Assembly: GCA_963740175.1 (NCBI GenBank)
Contig: CAVUDL010000003.1
Span: 74,150 to 138,149 of the forward strand
Length of the DNA: 64,000 nucleotides
DNA from: an uncultured Gemmatimonadales bacterium
Lineage (GTDB): Bacteria; Gemmatimonadota; Gemmatimonadetes; Gemmatimonadales; GWC2-71-9
Direction: 5' to 3'
Shown here: in pieces, positions 17,634-26,817 of the stretch
Layout of the letters: every line of letters starts with the position of its first letter
Numbering within the stretch: the stretch's first letter is position 1
Notes under the pieces: generated by a model
The model's database searches: none
Seen by the model: only the letters and a program-made list of their open reading frames with translations
What the model was told of the DNA's origin: nothing
Position numbers and translations under genes: made by a program

Positions 17634-19599
17634 CTAGAATTGTATCTGCGCGCCGAGCTCCACCACCCGGTTGGGCGGCAGCCCGAAGAACGCCGTTGCC
17701 GACTGCGCGTTCCGGGTCATGAAGATGAACAGCTTCTTCCGCCACCGGGGCATGACGGGGCGGAGGGCTGTCTCGCTGCCTGCCCGGCCGAGCCGGCATT
17801 CCCGGGCGCTTGCGCCGGTCGACCGGGATCAAGGTCTCCCGTCCCAGGTAGAACGAAGTCGCCATGACCTCCACCCGGAGCTCCCGCCCGTCGCCGTAGG
17901 CCAGCCGCAGCGACTGAAGCATGGCTGGAACGTCCGGCGTCTCCATGAAGCCGTAGTTCGCCACGACCTCGCAGAAGCCCTCTCCCAGCTCCCGATACTG
18001 CACCCGCTCGGCCGTCTTCCACCTGAGGGATCTCCTCGCTCGCCACCGACAGCAGGATCACCTTTTCATGCAGCACCTTGTTGTGCTTGAGGTGATGCAG
18101 CAGTACCGGCGGCGCTCCTCCCCGCACCGAGGTCAGGAAGACCGCGATGCCCGGGACCCGCAGCGGCTTCCGTTTGGCGATGTCGGCCAGGAAGATGTCG
18201 ATGGGGAGAGTGTTCTCCAGCACGATCTCGGAGAGCCGGGCTCGCCCTTTCTTCCAGGTGGACATGAGCAGGTACACGATCATGGCAACCAGCAGCGGGA
18301 ACCAGCCGCCGTCGGGAATCTTGAAGAGGTTGGTGCACGAAGAAGGCCAGGTCCACTACCAGGAAGGTGCCCCCGACCAGGGCCACCTTGAGGACACTCC
18401 AATGCCAGAGATTCCGGGCCACCACCAGGAGCAGGATCGTCGTGGTCGTCATGGTGCCGGTGACCGCCACCCCGTAGGTGGCCGCCAGGTTGCTCGATGA
18501 CTGAAACGCGAGCACCAGGCCGATGCAGGCAATCCAGAGCGCATTGTTGACCTGCGGGATGTAGATCTGCCCGATGGTGCGGCTCGAGGTGTGGACGATG
18601 TTGACCCCGGGACAGTAGCCCAGCTGCACCGCCTGACGGGTGAGCGAGAATGCTCCGGAGATGAGCGCCTGCGAGGCGACGATCGCCGCCCCGGTTGCGA
18701 TCGCCACCATCGGATAGAGCGCCCAGTCAGGCACGAGGGAGTAAAACGGGTTGCGGGCCGCCGCGGGAGATTCCAGCAGAATGGCCCCCTGCCCCAAATA
18801 GTTCAGCATCAGCGCCGGCAGTACCACCGTGTACCACGCCACCCGAATGGGCCGCTTTCCGAAGTGGCCCATGTCGGCATAGAGGGCCTCGCCGCCAGTC
18901 ACCACCAGCACCACCGCCGCCAGGACCATCAGGCCGGTGAAGCCCTCGTGCCAGAGGAAGGTGGCGGCATACCAGGGGTTCAGCGCCGCGAGCACCGAGG
19001 GGTGCCGCATGATCCCGGTGACGCCGAGGACCGCGATCGAGATGAACCAGACGGCGGTGAGGGGACCGAAAATCGCACCGATGCCCGCGGTGCCGTGCCG
19101 CTGGACCGCGAAGACCGCCGAGATGATGATGACGGCGATCGGAACGACCCACTGCTCGCAGCGCCGGGGTGGCGATGCTCAGGCCTTCGACCGCGCCCAG
19201 CACCGAGATCGCCGGCGTGATGATGCCGTCGCCGTAGAGGAGTGCGGCGCCGAACAGACCGGTGCCGATCAGCCAGCGGTAGGCCCCCGGGGGCCTGCCC
19301 TCTCCGTGCGGTCGCACCAGCGCGAGCAGCGCCAGGATGCCGCCCTCGCCCCGGTTGTCGGCGCGCATGACCACGGTGAGATACTTGAAGGTCACCACGA
19401 AGTTGAGCGACCAGAAGATCAGCGAGAGCACGCCCAGCACGTTGTCCTTGGTCACCGGCACGCCATGGGGCCCGGTGAAACATTCCTTCAGGGCGTAGAG
19501 CGGGCTGGTGCCGATGTCGCCATACACAACCCCGAGCGCGCCGAGCGCCAGGATCGCCAGCCGGCGCCCCCGGGAAGACTCCTTCGGATCGGCGGACAT
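17634..19599 (-). pseudogene. kup: KUP/HAK/KT potassium uptake transporter, four +1 frame breaks
   Basis: N-terminus [22 protein letters not shown]-terminus own translation [39 protein letters not shown] with stop TAG at 17634-17636. Fragments are ORFs 18727..19902, 18066..19010, 17717..18283 and 17563..18003. Confidence 0.9.
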
Positions 19600-20030
19600 C
19601 AGTTCGGTGCCCGCTTCAGCCGGCGCAGATCCAGCAGCGACACCAGGAAGATGGCGACGATGATTACACCCGAGGCCACGCACCAGCGGCAGATGGCGTG
19701 GATGACGAACAGCTCCAGATACGTGAGATAGATCGTGAAGAAAACGGCGATCCCGGAAAGAGCGGCGAGGAGGAGAGTCGGCCCCCGCCGGAAGGAATGG
19801 GCGTGCTGCAACGAGACCAGGCTCACCCCCAGCAGCGCGGCATAGCCCAACAGGCCGATGAGCGAGACCTCGATGCCGGCCACCCGGCTCCAGGGGCTCC
19901 ACTGCACCGTCTCACACCCGCCCGTTCCACAGGCCAGAGCTCCGATCTTGCCGATCTTATAGAGATACAGGTACGCGGAGATGAAGAGGCCGGCGAGGCT
20001 CAGCAGCGCCGCGCTCATCCGATAGATCAT
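19599..20030 (-). CDS. Vitamin K epoxide reductase (VKOR) family membrane protein
   Basis: Loop cysteines [12 protein letters not shown] and the CxxC motif AICRWCV. TGATG overlap with the kup start. Confidence 0.8.
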   Translation of the reverse strand: MIYRMSAALLSLAGLFISAYLYLYKIGKIGALACGTGGCETVQWSPWSRVAGIEVSLIGLLGYAALLGVSLVSLQHAHSFRRGPTLLLAALSGIAVFFTIYLTYLELFVIHAICRWCVASGVIIVAIFLVSLLDLRRLKRAPN

Positions 20031-20689
20031 CGAGCGCTGTTGCGTGCCAGCGAGTCCACCAGTTTGGTAACAGCGTCCGAATCGAACCGTCCGCGGTACA
20101 ACCGCCCATTTACCACCAGCGTCGGCGTGGAGCTGACGCCCAATGCGACGCCGGAGTTATAGTCCGCCTGGATCCGGCCCGCGAATTTGCCGGACTTCAT
20201 ACAGGCATCGTAGCGGCCCAGATCCAATCCTGCCGACTGGGCGTACTTTCGAAAGTCGGGAGCCGCATTGCTCGCCGCCGACCATTCAGACTGACCCTGG
20301 TAGATCCGGTCATGCTGCTGCCAGTATTTCCCCTGCTCGTCGGCACAGGCAGCCGAATGCGCGGCCAGCCTGGCAAAGGGGTGCATCTGGAGCGGAAAAT
20401 CCCGATAGCGCCAACGGAGCCGACCGGTGTTGATGAGCCGCTCCTCGATGGTGGGCATTTGCAGCGTGGCGAACGTCTGGCAGAAAGGGCACTGATAGTC
20501 CGCGTATTCCGTGATCTCGACCGGCGCGGTGCCGGAACCCTTGACGTACCCGGCGAATCCCGAGGTGTCGGAAGGCTGGACCGTCACGTTGGCCGGAATG
20601 CTGACGGTGGCCGGACGGGTCAGAAGGTAGCCCAACGCACCCAGACCCACGACCACCAGGACTGCGAACAGGGTGTAGAAGCGTTTCAT
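20027..20689 (-). CDS. DsbA-family thiol:disulfide oxidoreductase (membrane-anchored)
   Basis: YADYQCPFCQTF thioredoxin-fold CxxC and an N-terminal TM. ATG 20689 gives an ATGA overlap with the upstream ORF. Confidence 0.85.
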   Translation of the reverse strand: MKRFYTLFAVLVVVGLGALGYLLTRPATVSIPANVTVQPSDTSGFAGYVKGSGTAPVEITEYADYQCPFCQTFATLQMPTIEERLINTGRLRWRYRDFPLQMHPFARLAAHSAACADEQGKYWQQHDRIYQGQSEWSAASNAAPDFRKYAQSAGLDLGRYDACMKSGKFAGRIQADYNSGVALGVSSTPTLVVNGRLYRGRFDSDAVTKLVDSLARNSAR

Positions 20690-20991
20690 TCCGGCCTGGG
20701 TCGCCGCCATGGCTCTTCGTCCTCCGGGTCATCGGGTAGAAAGGAATCCTGGTGTTGGGCCTCCTCCACGATGCGCCGGCTGTCCGCGATCTCCGGCGTA
20801 TCGTAGGTGCTGCGAACCTCGTAATGAAAAAGCTCGCTCCGGGCGTCGCCCATCATGCGCAGCAGCTCGGGACCACCCCCGAGCAGCTGCCCCGCCTGAT
20901 CGAGCTCCTGGATCCGTGCGGCCAGAGCCCTGAGCAGGGCGGCCAGCCGCCGGGCTCGTTCCTCACCGTACACCTCGTCATGCTCTGCCAT
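20686..20991 (-). CDS. Hypothetical acidic protein (101 aa)
   Basis: Only an ORF with plausible composition and translational coupling to dsbA. No recognised family. Confidence 0.4.
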   Translation of the reverse strand: MAEHDEVYGEERARRLAALLRALAARIQELDQAGQLLGGGPELLRMMGDARSELFHYEVRSTYDTPEIADSRRIVEEAQHQDSFLPDDPEDEEPWRRPRPE

Positions 20992-21074
20992 GGCTACCTC
21001 GAGGGCGCAGCGAGGCCCCCGGTCAAGTTCAGGTAATTCCGGCTGATAAAGATAATTGGTCGCCTGATGGGCGT

Positions 21075-21092
21075 TTGCACCAAATGGTGCAA
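21075..21092. promoter_or_regulatory. Perfect palindrome TTGCACCA-AA-TGGTGCAA (candidate operator/UAS); TATAAT at 21119-21124
   Basis: Read directly in the AT-richer divergent intergenic region between 20991 and 21148. Confidence 0.4.
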
Positions 21093-21147
21093 GAGGTTAT
21101 CTTACGTGGGGTCAAGAGTATAATCATTTGTTGCCAGAGGAAGGTGC

Positions 21148-21411
21148 ATGCACAAGAAGCCGACCAGAAGTGCCCCTGAGGCGGCGTCGTTCGCCCAGGC
21201 GCGGGACGAGCTGTTCAGTCACATCCTCCGCTGTGGGGTGATCGATGCCTTGCCGGAGCACCAGAAGGACTGGTTCGACGACACAATGGGCTACATCGCG
21301 GAGCGCTACGAGGACCTGACCTCAGAACAGCAGGCTCAGCTCCGCCTGCTCGGCGAGCGCTACTGCCAGCCGGTCCGGCGGGTGGATACTGTGGAGTCCG
21401 GCGCGGCCTGA
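21148..21411 (+). CDS. Hypothetical protein (87 aa)
   Basis: ATG preceded by GAGGAAGG and followed by a strong intrinsic terminator. No recognised family. Confidence 0.45.
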   Translation: MHKKPTRSAPEAASFAQARDELFSHILRCGVIDALPEHQKDWFDDTMGYIAERYEDLTSEQQAQLRLLGERYCQPVRRVDTVESGAA

Positions 21412-21431
21412 TCTGCCGAACCATGTGATGG

Positions 21432-21464
21432 AACGCCCCGGAGATTCCGGGGCGTTTTTGTTTT
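21432..21464 (+). terminator. Rho-independent terminator AACGCCCCGG-agat-TCCGGGGCG + TTTTTGTTTT
   Basis: GC stem plus T-run read directly. Confidence 0.8.
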
Positions 21465-21933
21465 ACGGGAGAGCTGCCTGCCGCCGCCCCCGCCAGCGAT
21501 ATCCCAGCGCCACCCGGGCACCTCCTCCAACCCCAAGCTCCGCCATCCAACCGTTCGCGGCGCCGGGGCGATCTTCGATACCCAAGGTCAGAACCAGATA
21601 CCCTCGTTCAACCGGGCCCGCCACCACGGCCACGCCGCCGGCGAAGTAGAGCCCAGTCCCAACGAGCTTGTTCGGACTGAGAAGAAAGTGCCCCAGCAGC
21701 TCGCCCCGCACTGCGGGCTCTCCCGAGGAAATACCCGCTCCGGCCGAGACCGACAGCCGGGTCCGGGTGGAGGGGCGCAGCGCGGCATACAGGGCCCCGA
21801 CAGCGAGCGCCGGGTCCGAGGCGGTCGCCAGCGCCTGAACCCCTATCTCCCGAGCCTGCTGTGCCGGCATCGGTGGCGCCCAGCCCAGCGCCACCACTGC
21901 CGCCAGCACCAGCTCAGGCGACAGTAACCGCAT
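21463..21933 (-). CDS. Hypothetical secreted / outer-membrane-like Gly/Ala-rich protein
   Basis: Signal-like N-terminus MRLLSPELVLAAVVALGWAPPMPAQQ and alternating beta-strand-like pattern. Confidence 0.45.
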   Translation of the reverse strand: MRLLSPELVLAAVVALGWAPPMPAQQAREIGVQALATASDPALAVGALYAALRPSTRTRLSVSAGAGISSGEPAVRGELLGHFLLSPNKLVGTGLYFAGGVAVVAGPVERGYLVLTLGIEDRPGAANGWMAELGVGGGARVALGYRWRGRRQAALP

Positions 21934-22321
21934 AGGTGATGGCGATATCGGGCGCGAGAGAGTGGATCACGGAGCAGTACTTCTCAACTGAGAGGCTCAC
22001 TGCCCGGTCGGCCTTGGTCTGGTCCAGTCCCTCTCCGCCGACACGATAGTCGAAGTGGATCGCGGTGTAGCGCCGGGGCTCCTGCTCACGCCGCTGTCCC
22101 GTGACGTCGATCCGAAGCTCCCGGAGTTGGACCCGCATCTTCTGGAGGATGAGCACCACGTCTGACCCACTGCAGGAGCCCGCTGCCAGCAGGAGGGTAA
22201 GCATCGGGCCGGGAGCGGCCGCGTTGTCTCCATCCACCGTGGCCACGGCGCCGCCCGGGGCGCCTCCCGCAAACCGCAGCCCCTCCTCCCATCTCAGCGA
22301 CACGCGCTTGGTCTCTGCCAT
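21914..22321 (-). CDS. OsmC family peroxiredoxin-like protein
   Basis: LLLAAGSCSGSDVV ... VEKYCSVIHSL (two conserved Cys). ATGA overlap with the upstream gene. Confidence 0.8.
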   Translation of the reverse strand: MAETKRVSLRWEEGLRFAGGAPGGAVATVDGDNAAAPGPMLTLLLAAGSCSGSDVVLILQKMRVQLRELRIDVTGQRREQEPRRYTAIHFDYRVGGEGLDQTKADRAVSLSVEKYCSVIHSLAPDIAITYAVTVA

Positions 22322-22878
22322 CAGCGACCGACCCGCCGCTGGGCGCGGGGGGCCGCCCGGACGTAGTCGAGTATTGAGAACACGGCGATGATCGTGGTGG
22401 CCCAGGCGATGGGTCGGAGATAGGGGGAGTGCAGGAGGAAGGCCACCAGGGTCAGAATCTGCGCCACTGTGACCGCCTTGCCGCTCCAGCGCGCCGGTAT
22501 CACCCGCGGTTCCTCGGAGAAGAAGGTCGCGGCGAACGCAAGCGTGGCGACGATGTCGCGCAGGAGCACCCCCGCTATTTCTACCGGTTCCAGGCTGCCG
22601 GAAAATGCCACCACTCCCACGGCCGCTGCCATGAAGACTTTGTCCGCGATAGGATCCAGCACCGGGCCGTAGGCAGAGCTGCCGACTCGGCGGGCGATCG
22701 GCCCATCCAGCAGATCGGTGGCCGCAGCAGCCGCGACAATGGCAAGCCGCCAGCCGGTGTCGGTCACCACCACGAACGCCGCCGCCAGCGGGATGCGCAG
22801 GAAGCTGAGCACGTCGGCCGCGGTCCAACGTGCGGCACCTTGCTCGCCTATAGGACCAGGACTAGCTTCGGACACGCT
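22321..22878 (-). CDS. CDP-alcohol phosphatidyltransferase family protein
   Basis: TDLLDGPIARRVGSSAYGPVLDPIADK matches D-x2-DG-x2-AR...G-x3-D-x3-D. GTG 22878 is preceded by GGGAGG. Confidence 0.8.
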   Translation of the reverse strand, partial: SVSEASPGPIGEQGAARWTAADVLSFLRIPLAAAFVVVTDTGWRLAIVAAAAATDLLDGPIARRVGSSAYGPVLDPIADKVFMAAAVGVVAFSGSLEPVEIAGVLLRDIVATLAFAATFFSEEPRVIPARWSGKAVTVAQILTLVAFLLHSPYLRPIAWATTIIAVFSILDYVRAAPRAQRRVGR

Positions 22879-22958
22879 GCTCCCTCCCAAACGTGAGCGT
22901 GCAAGATACTCAGGTCTGTCCTCCGCCCCCGCGCTGATTTCGTGACGCAGGCCCTCCC

Positions 22959-23732
22959 ATGATGATCGATACGGCGGTGATTCCTTGCGGGGGACTCGGC
23001 ACCCGGCTGCACCCGATCACCCGCTGGCTTCCGAAGGAAATGCTTCCGGTCGGGCTCAAGCCGGTGCTGTACTGGACCCTCGATGAAGCCGCCGACGCGG
23101 GCCTGCTGCGCGCCATCATTATCACCAATCCGCACAAGCCGATGCTGGAGGCAGTGGCCCGCAACTATCAGGGCCCGCTGGAGCTGGAGTTCGTCCCCCA
23201 GGATCATCCCCGTGGCCTCGGCGATGCGCTGCTCCGGGCCCGGGACAACCTGGCCGGTGCTCCCTTCATGGCGGTGCTGCCTGACAATCTCTTCCACGGA
23301 CCCAACCCGTCGGCAGCGGTACTCGCAACCTTTCGGTCCACCGGCCTCGCCACGGTGTTGCTGGCAGAAATCGAACGCAAGGATGCCGGCTCCAAGGGCG
23401 CGACGGGTCGAGCCTCGGTGCGGAAGGCTGCCGACGGAACACTGCGGGTCGTGGCTGTTGCGGACAAGGGCGCGGGACGGTTCGATACGGCGGGTGACGA
23501 GGTGGCGGTGACGCCGATTGGGAGGATGGCGTTCTCGGGCAACGTGCTGGACGAATTCGAGGAGGTGGGGCGGGCCCTGGCACCGGGCGCCGAGCTCGAC
23601 GATGTACCGGTGCTTCAGAGACTCGCGCGGCGGGAGGCTCTCGCGGGAGTGATCAGTCCGGCTCGTTTCTTCGATGTCGGCGTACCGGAAGGTTACCGCG
23701 ATGCCGTGGCGGCGTCGCCCGCCCGGGCGTGA
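22959..23732 (+). CDS. Sugar-phosphate nucleotidyltransferase (GalU / UTP-glucose-1-phosphate uridylyltransferase-like)
   Basis: IPCGGLGTRLHPITRWLPKEMLPV N-terminal signature. Confidence 0.7.
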   Translation: MMIDTAVIPCGGLGTRLHPITRWLPKEMLPVGLKPVLYWTLDEAADAGLLRAIIITNPHKPMLEAVARNYQGPLELEFVPQDHPRGLGDALLRARDNLAGAPFMAVLPDNLFHGPNPSAAVLATFRSTGLATVLLAEIERKDAGSKGATGRASVRKAADGTLRVVAVADKGAGRFDTAGDEVAVTPIGRMAFSGNVLDEFEEVGRALAPGAELDDVPVLQRLARREALAGVISPARFFDVGVPEGYRDAVAASPARA

Positions 23733-23747
23733 GGCCGGCGGTCGTCC

Positions 23748-24053
23748 GTGAGCGCCACATTCAATCACCAGCTGCTGGAATTCACCTCGATCGATCCTGC
23801 GCGGCTGCGGGACACCCTCGCGCTCTCGGGCCTGGTGGTGGCGGCGGCGGGCGCGGTCGGCATGCCGTCGCTGGGTCCGCCCGTGGTTCGGGAGGGGGCC
23901 GGCGGAATCGCGGTGGCCCTGCTTTGCCTCGAAGGGCACATCGTGCTGCACTGCGCTCCATCCGAGGGAGCCTGCCTGGTGGAAATCATCGCACGGGCGC
24001 CCGCCGACGTTTGGAAGGGGATCGACGTGATCAGCCGGCGACTGGGGAGCTGA
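23748..24053 (+). CDS. S-adenosylmethionine decarboxylase-fold (SpeH-like) protein lacking the self-processing serine
   Basis: GIAVALLCLEGHIVLHCAPSEGACLVEI aligns by eye to the SpeH motif ...ISESHLTIHTWPE..., with EG in place of ES. Confidence 0.45.
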   Translation: MSATFNHQLLEFTSIDPARLRDTLALSGLVVAAAGAVGMPSLGPPVVREGAGGIAVALLCLEGHIVLHCAPSEGACLVEIIARAPADVWKGIDVISRRLGS

Positions 24054-26696
24054 GCCGGCTGCCCCGGATGACGCCCTCGGCCCGTTGCCCAGGCACCAGG
24101 TAGCGCTGCGCTACCCGAAGAACATCCTCCGCCGTGACGGCGCGGAAGGCGGCTGCCGGGTTCTCCAGGTCGCTCAGGCCGTTTCCGATAAGCCACGCCT
24201 CCAGAATTTCTCCGGCCAGTGCCGCCGCGCTCTGCCGGCCTACTTCCGCCTGACCCGCGAGATAGTTTGTCGCCTGGTCCAGTTCGGCCCGGCTCACCGG
24301 CTCGCGGGTAAATCGATCGAGCTCCTCCAGCATCGCGGCGCGGGCCTCATCCTCCCGCTGGGGCGAGGTCGCGATATAGGTGAGCAGCGCGCCCGCCCGG
24401 CCTCGCTGCCAGCTGGAGGCCATGACCGTGTAGGCCAGAGACTGGCGGTCCCGCAGTGCCTCGAACATCCGCCCACCCAGCCCGCTCGCCACGGCGGCCC
24501 ACACCTCCGCTGCCAGCCCGATCGGGATCACGTCGGGCCGGCCCAGGAAACGCCATGGCGAAGGCCGACTGCTGTTTCTCCCGCTCGACTATGTCGACCG
24601 ATGCATCGCCCCGAGCGCCGGCCCACGCAAGTGGCGGGAGGGCGGGGCCGCGCTCGGCCGCTGCCCGGTCGCTGAACTGCCCGGCCAGCACCGAGCTGGC
24701 TTCCTCGAGATCTACGTCGCCCACCGCGATCACCACGGGGCGGATGCCGAGCATCGCCCGGTGCCACGCTCGCGCATCGGCCGTGGAGATGGTCGGGAGG
24801 GTCTCGGGAAGACCGCTGACCGGTAGCCCATAGCCGACCTTCCCGAAGGCGCCGGTAAAGGCGAGCTGGAACGGGTAGCGGAACATGTCATCCGCCACCT
24901 GCTCGGCCTCGGTCACCATGAGACTTCGCTCGGTGCTGACCTCGGTGTCACCCAGACGCGGCTGGGTAAAGACCAGGTCGAGGAGCGCTGCAGCATCGGC
25001 CAGGTGCTCGGAGAGGACGGTCGTGGAGAACCCGACCCAATCCGAAGCCGCCGCCGGGCTCAGTGTCCCGCCCAGCTGCTCGAACGCGAAAGCAAGGCTT
25101 CCGGCATCGAGATCACCGGCGCCACGTACCGCGCTACGGACCACTAAAGCACCGATGCCAGCCTGGGCCGGAGGATCGGACTGCACTCGCGGCACATAGA
25201 TGCCGAGTGTGACCAGGGGAACCCCTGCCTTCCGCCGCACCAGCAGATCGGCCCCTGCCAGAGGGGTGTGCAGGACTTCCGCCTGCCGGTCTCCTGTCAT
25301 GCTGAGGGAGGCGCGGGGCGTTGGCCTCACCACCAGAGTCGGGGCGGCTCGCCGGAGGGCGGTAACGGCAAACGAGCGCTCGAGGCCCCCGGCGGTCACG
25401 TCCGTGCCCTCGTTGTCCGGCAGGTACGCCACGGCGGAGACGTTGTCGGGCTGGAGATACCTGCCCGCCGCCGCACGCACCTCATCCGGTCCTACTTTCC
25501 ACAAGGCCTCATACTCCCGGTCGAGGAAGGAGACGTGCTCGAGCGCCTCGGCCGCGGCAAAGGCGGACGCCTTCCCTTCCATGGATTCCATCTGCCGCGC
25601 CCAGCGCGCCCGAAACAGCGTACGGGCCCGGTCCAGATCTTCGGCCGCGGGTCCCAGCATGGTCAGCCGGGACACATTGTCGGCGACGAGCTCGATGGCC
25701 TCTGGGACTCTTGCCGGAGCGAGATCGGCCCCGATGCTGAACACGCCGAGCTCGGTGGGCGCGTAGTTGTGGGCGGAGACGGAGGTCACAACCCCGGCTT
25801 CCCTGAGGGTGCGGTAGAGCCAGCTGCCCCGTCCCAACCCCAGAACGGCCGCCGCGACATCAAGGGCTGGAGCATCCTCGTGCAGGGGCGGGACCACGCG
25901 CCAACCCAGCACCAGCTCCGCGTGGGTGATATCACCCCGCAGCGTCCTCGCCCGAACCTCACGCCTGGGCGGCTCCTCCGGTGACCGGTCCACCGCCCCC
26001 GGAGCGACGGCCCAGTCGCCGTACGCGGCGCGGGCCAGCTCCAAGGCATGCTCCGGCTCGAACGACCCTACAATCGAGACGATAGTTCGCTCCGGCACAT
26101 AGCGGGACCGGTAGTAGCTCCACAGGTCATCCCGAGTCAGCCGCGCCAGCTGCTCCTCGGTACCGATTCGCCAGCGGCGAATGCGGTGCCGGTCGAACAT
26201 CAGCTCGTGCAAGCGTTTCGTGGGCCACAGCACCCGGGGTGTCCCGCTTGCGCTTGGCTTCCTGGATGATCACCTGAAGCTCGCGCGCGAGCTCGCCCGG
26301 ATCGATGATCGAGTTACGGAGGGCATCGGACTGTATGTCGAGCGCGGCCGCCAGTCCCGATGACGGCAGTACGGTGAAGTACGAGGTATGGTCGTACCCG
26401 GTGCCCGCGTTGAGATAGCCCCCGGCGGTCTTGGTCTCTCGTGCAATGGCGCCGACGCCCCGGCGGCCCGTCCCCTTGAAGAACATGTGCTCCAGGACGT
26501 GCGAGATACCGGCCCATCGGTCCGGCTCGTCGAAGAAGCCGGCCTTCACATGGGTCACCACCGAAACGACTGGCGCCGAGTGATCCGGCTTGACGAGCAG
26601 GGTAAGACCGTTGGGGAGGACTTCGCGGAGGACTCCGGCGGTCCAGAGCGGTGAGGAGTGAGAGGTGAGAGGTGAGAGGGAGCGAGAGGCCGTCAT
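24031..26696 (-). pseudogene. Large tandem M16 (pitrilysin/insulinase) family zinc peptidase, two +1 frame breaks (near 26230 and 24530)
   Basis: HVLEHMFFKGT (HxxEH) in ORF 26127..26696, with continuation in 24347..26233 and 24031..24531. Confidence 0.85.
26651..26689. repeat. Heptamer tandem repeat (GTGAGAG-like x5) lying inside the first 15 codons of the M16 ORF (minus strand)
   Basis: gtgaggagtgagaggtgagaggtgagagggagcgagagg read directly. Confidence 0.9.
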
Positions 26697-26774
26697 TAAG
26701 CTATAACCCTGGATAAGAGAGAGCGGGAAACCCGAAAAAGCTAACCGGATACCCCGCTCATCGCTCGCTGTTGG

Positions 26775-26817
26775 CCTCTTACTTCTTACTTCTCACTTCT
26801 CACTTCTCACCTCTCAC
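26775..26817. repeat. Inverted partner heptamer repeat (TTCTCAC-like x6) abutting the TPR gene stop
   Basis: cctcttacttcttacttctcacttctcacttctcacctctcac read directly. Reverse complement of the 26651-26689 repeat with about one mismatch per unit. Confidence 0.9.

Noticed and set aside
22848-23951. 367-aa minus-strand ORF
   Set aside because: Antisense to the GalU-like nucleotidyltransferase and the AdoMetDC-like gene.
24031-26696. M16 peptidase as the PQQ-pathway protease (PqqF/PqqL)
   Set aside because: It lies about 5 kb from pqqA on the opposite strand, with unrelated genes in between. Architecture alone is insufficient.
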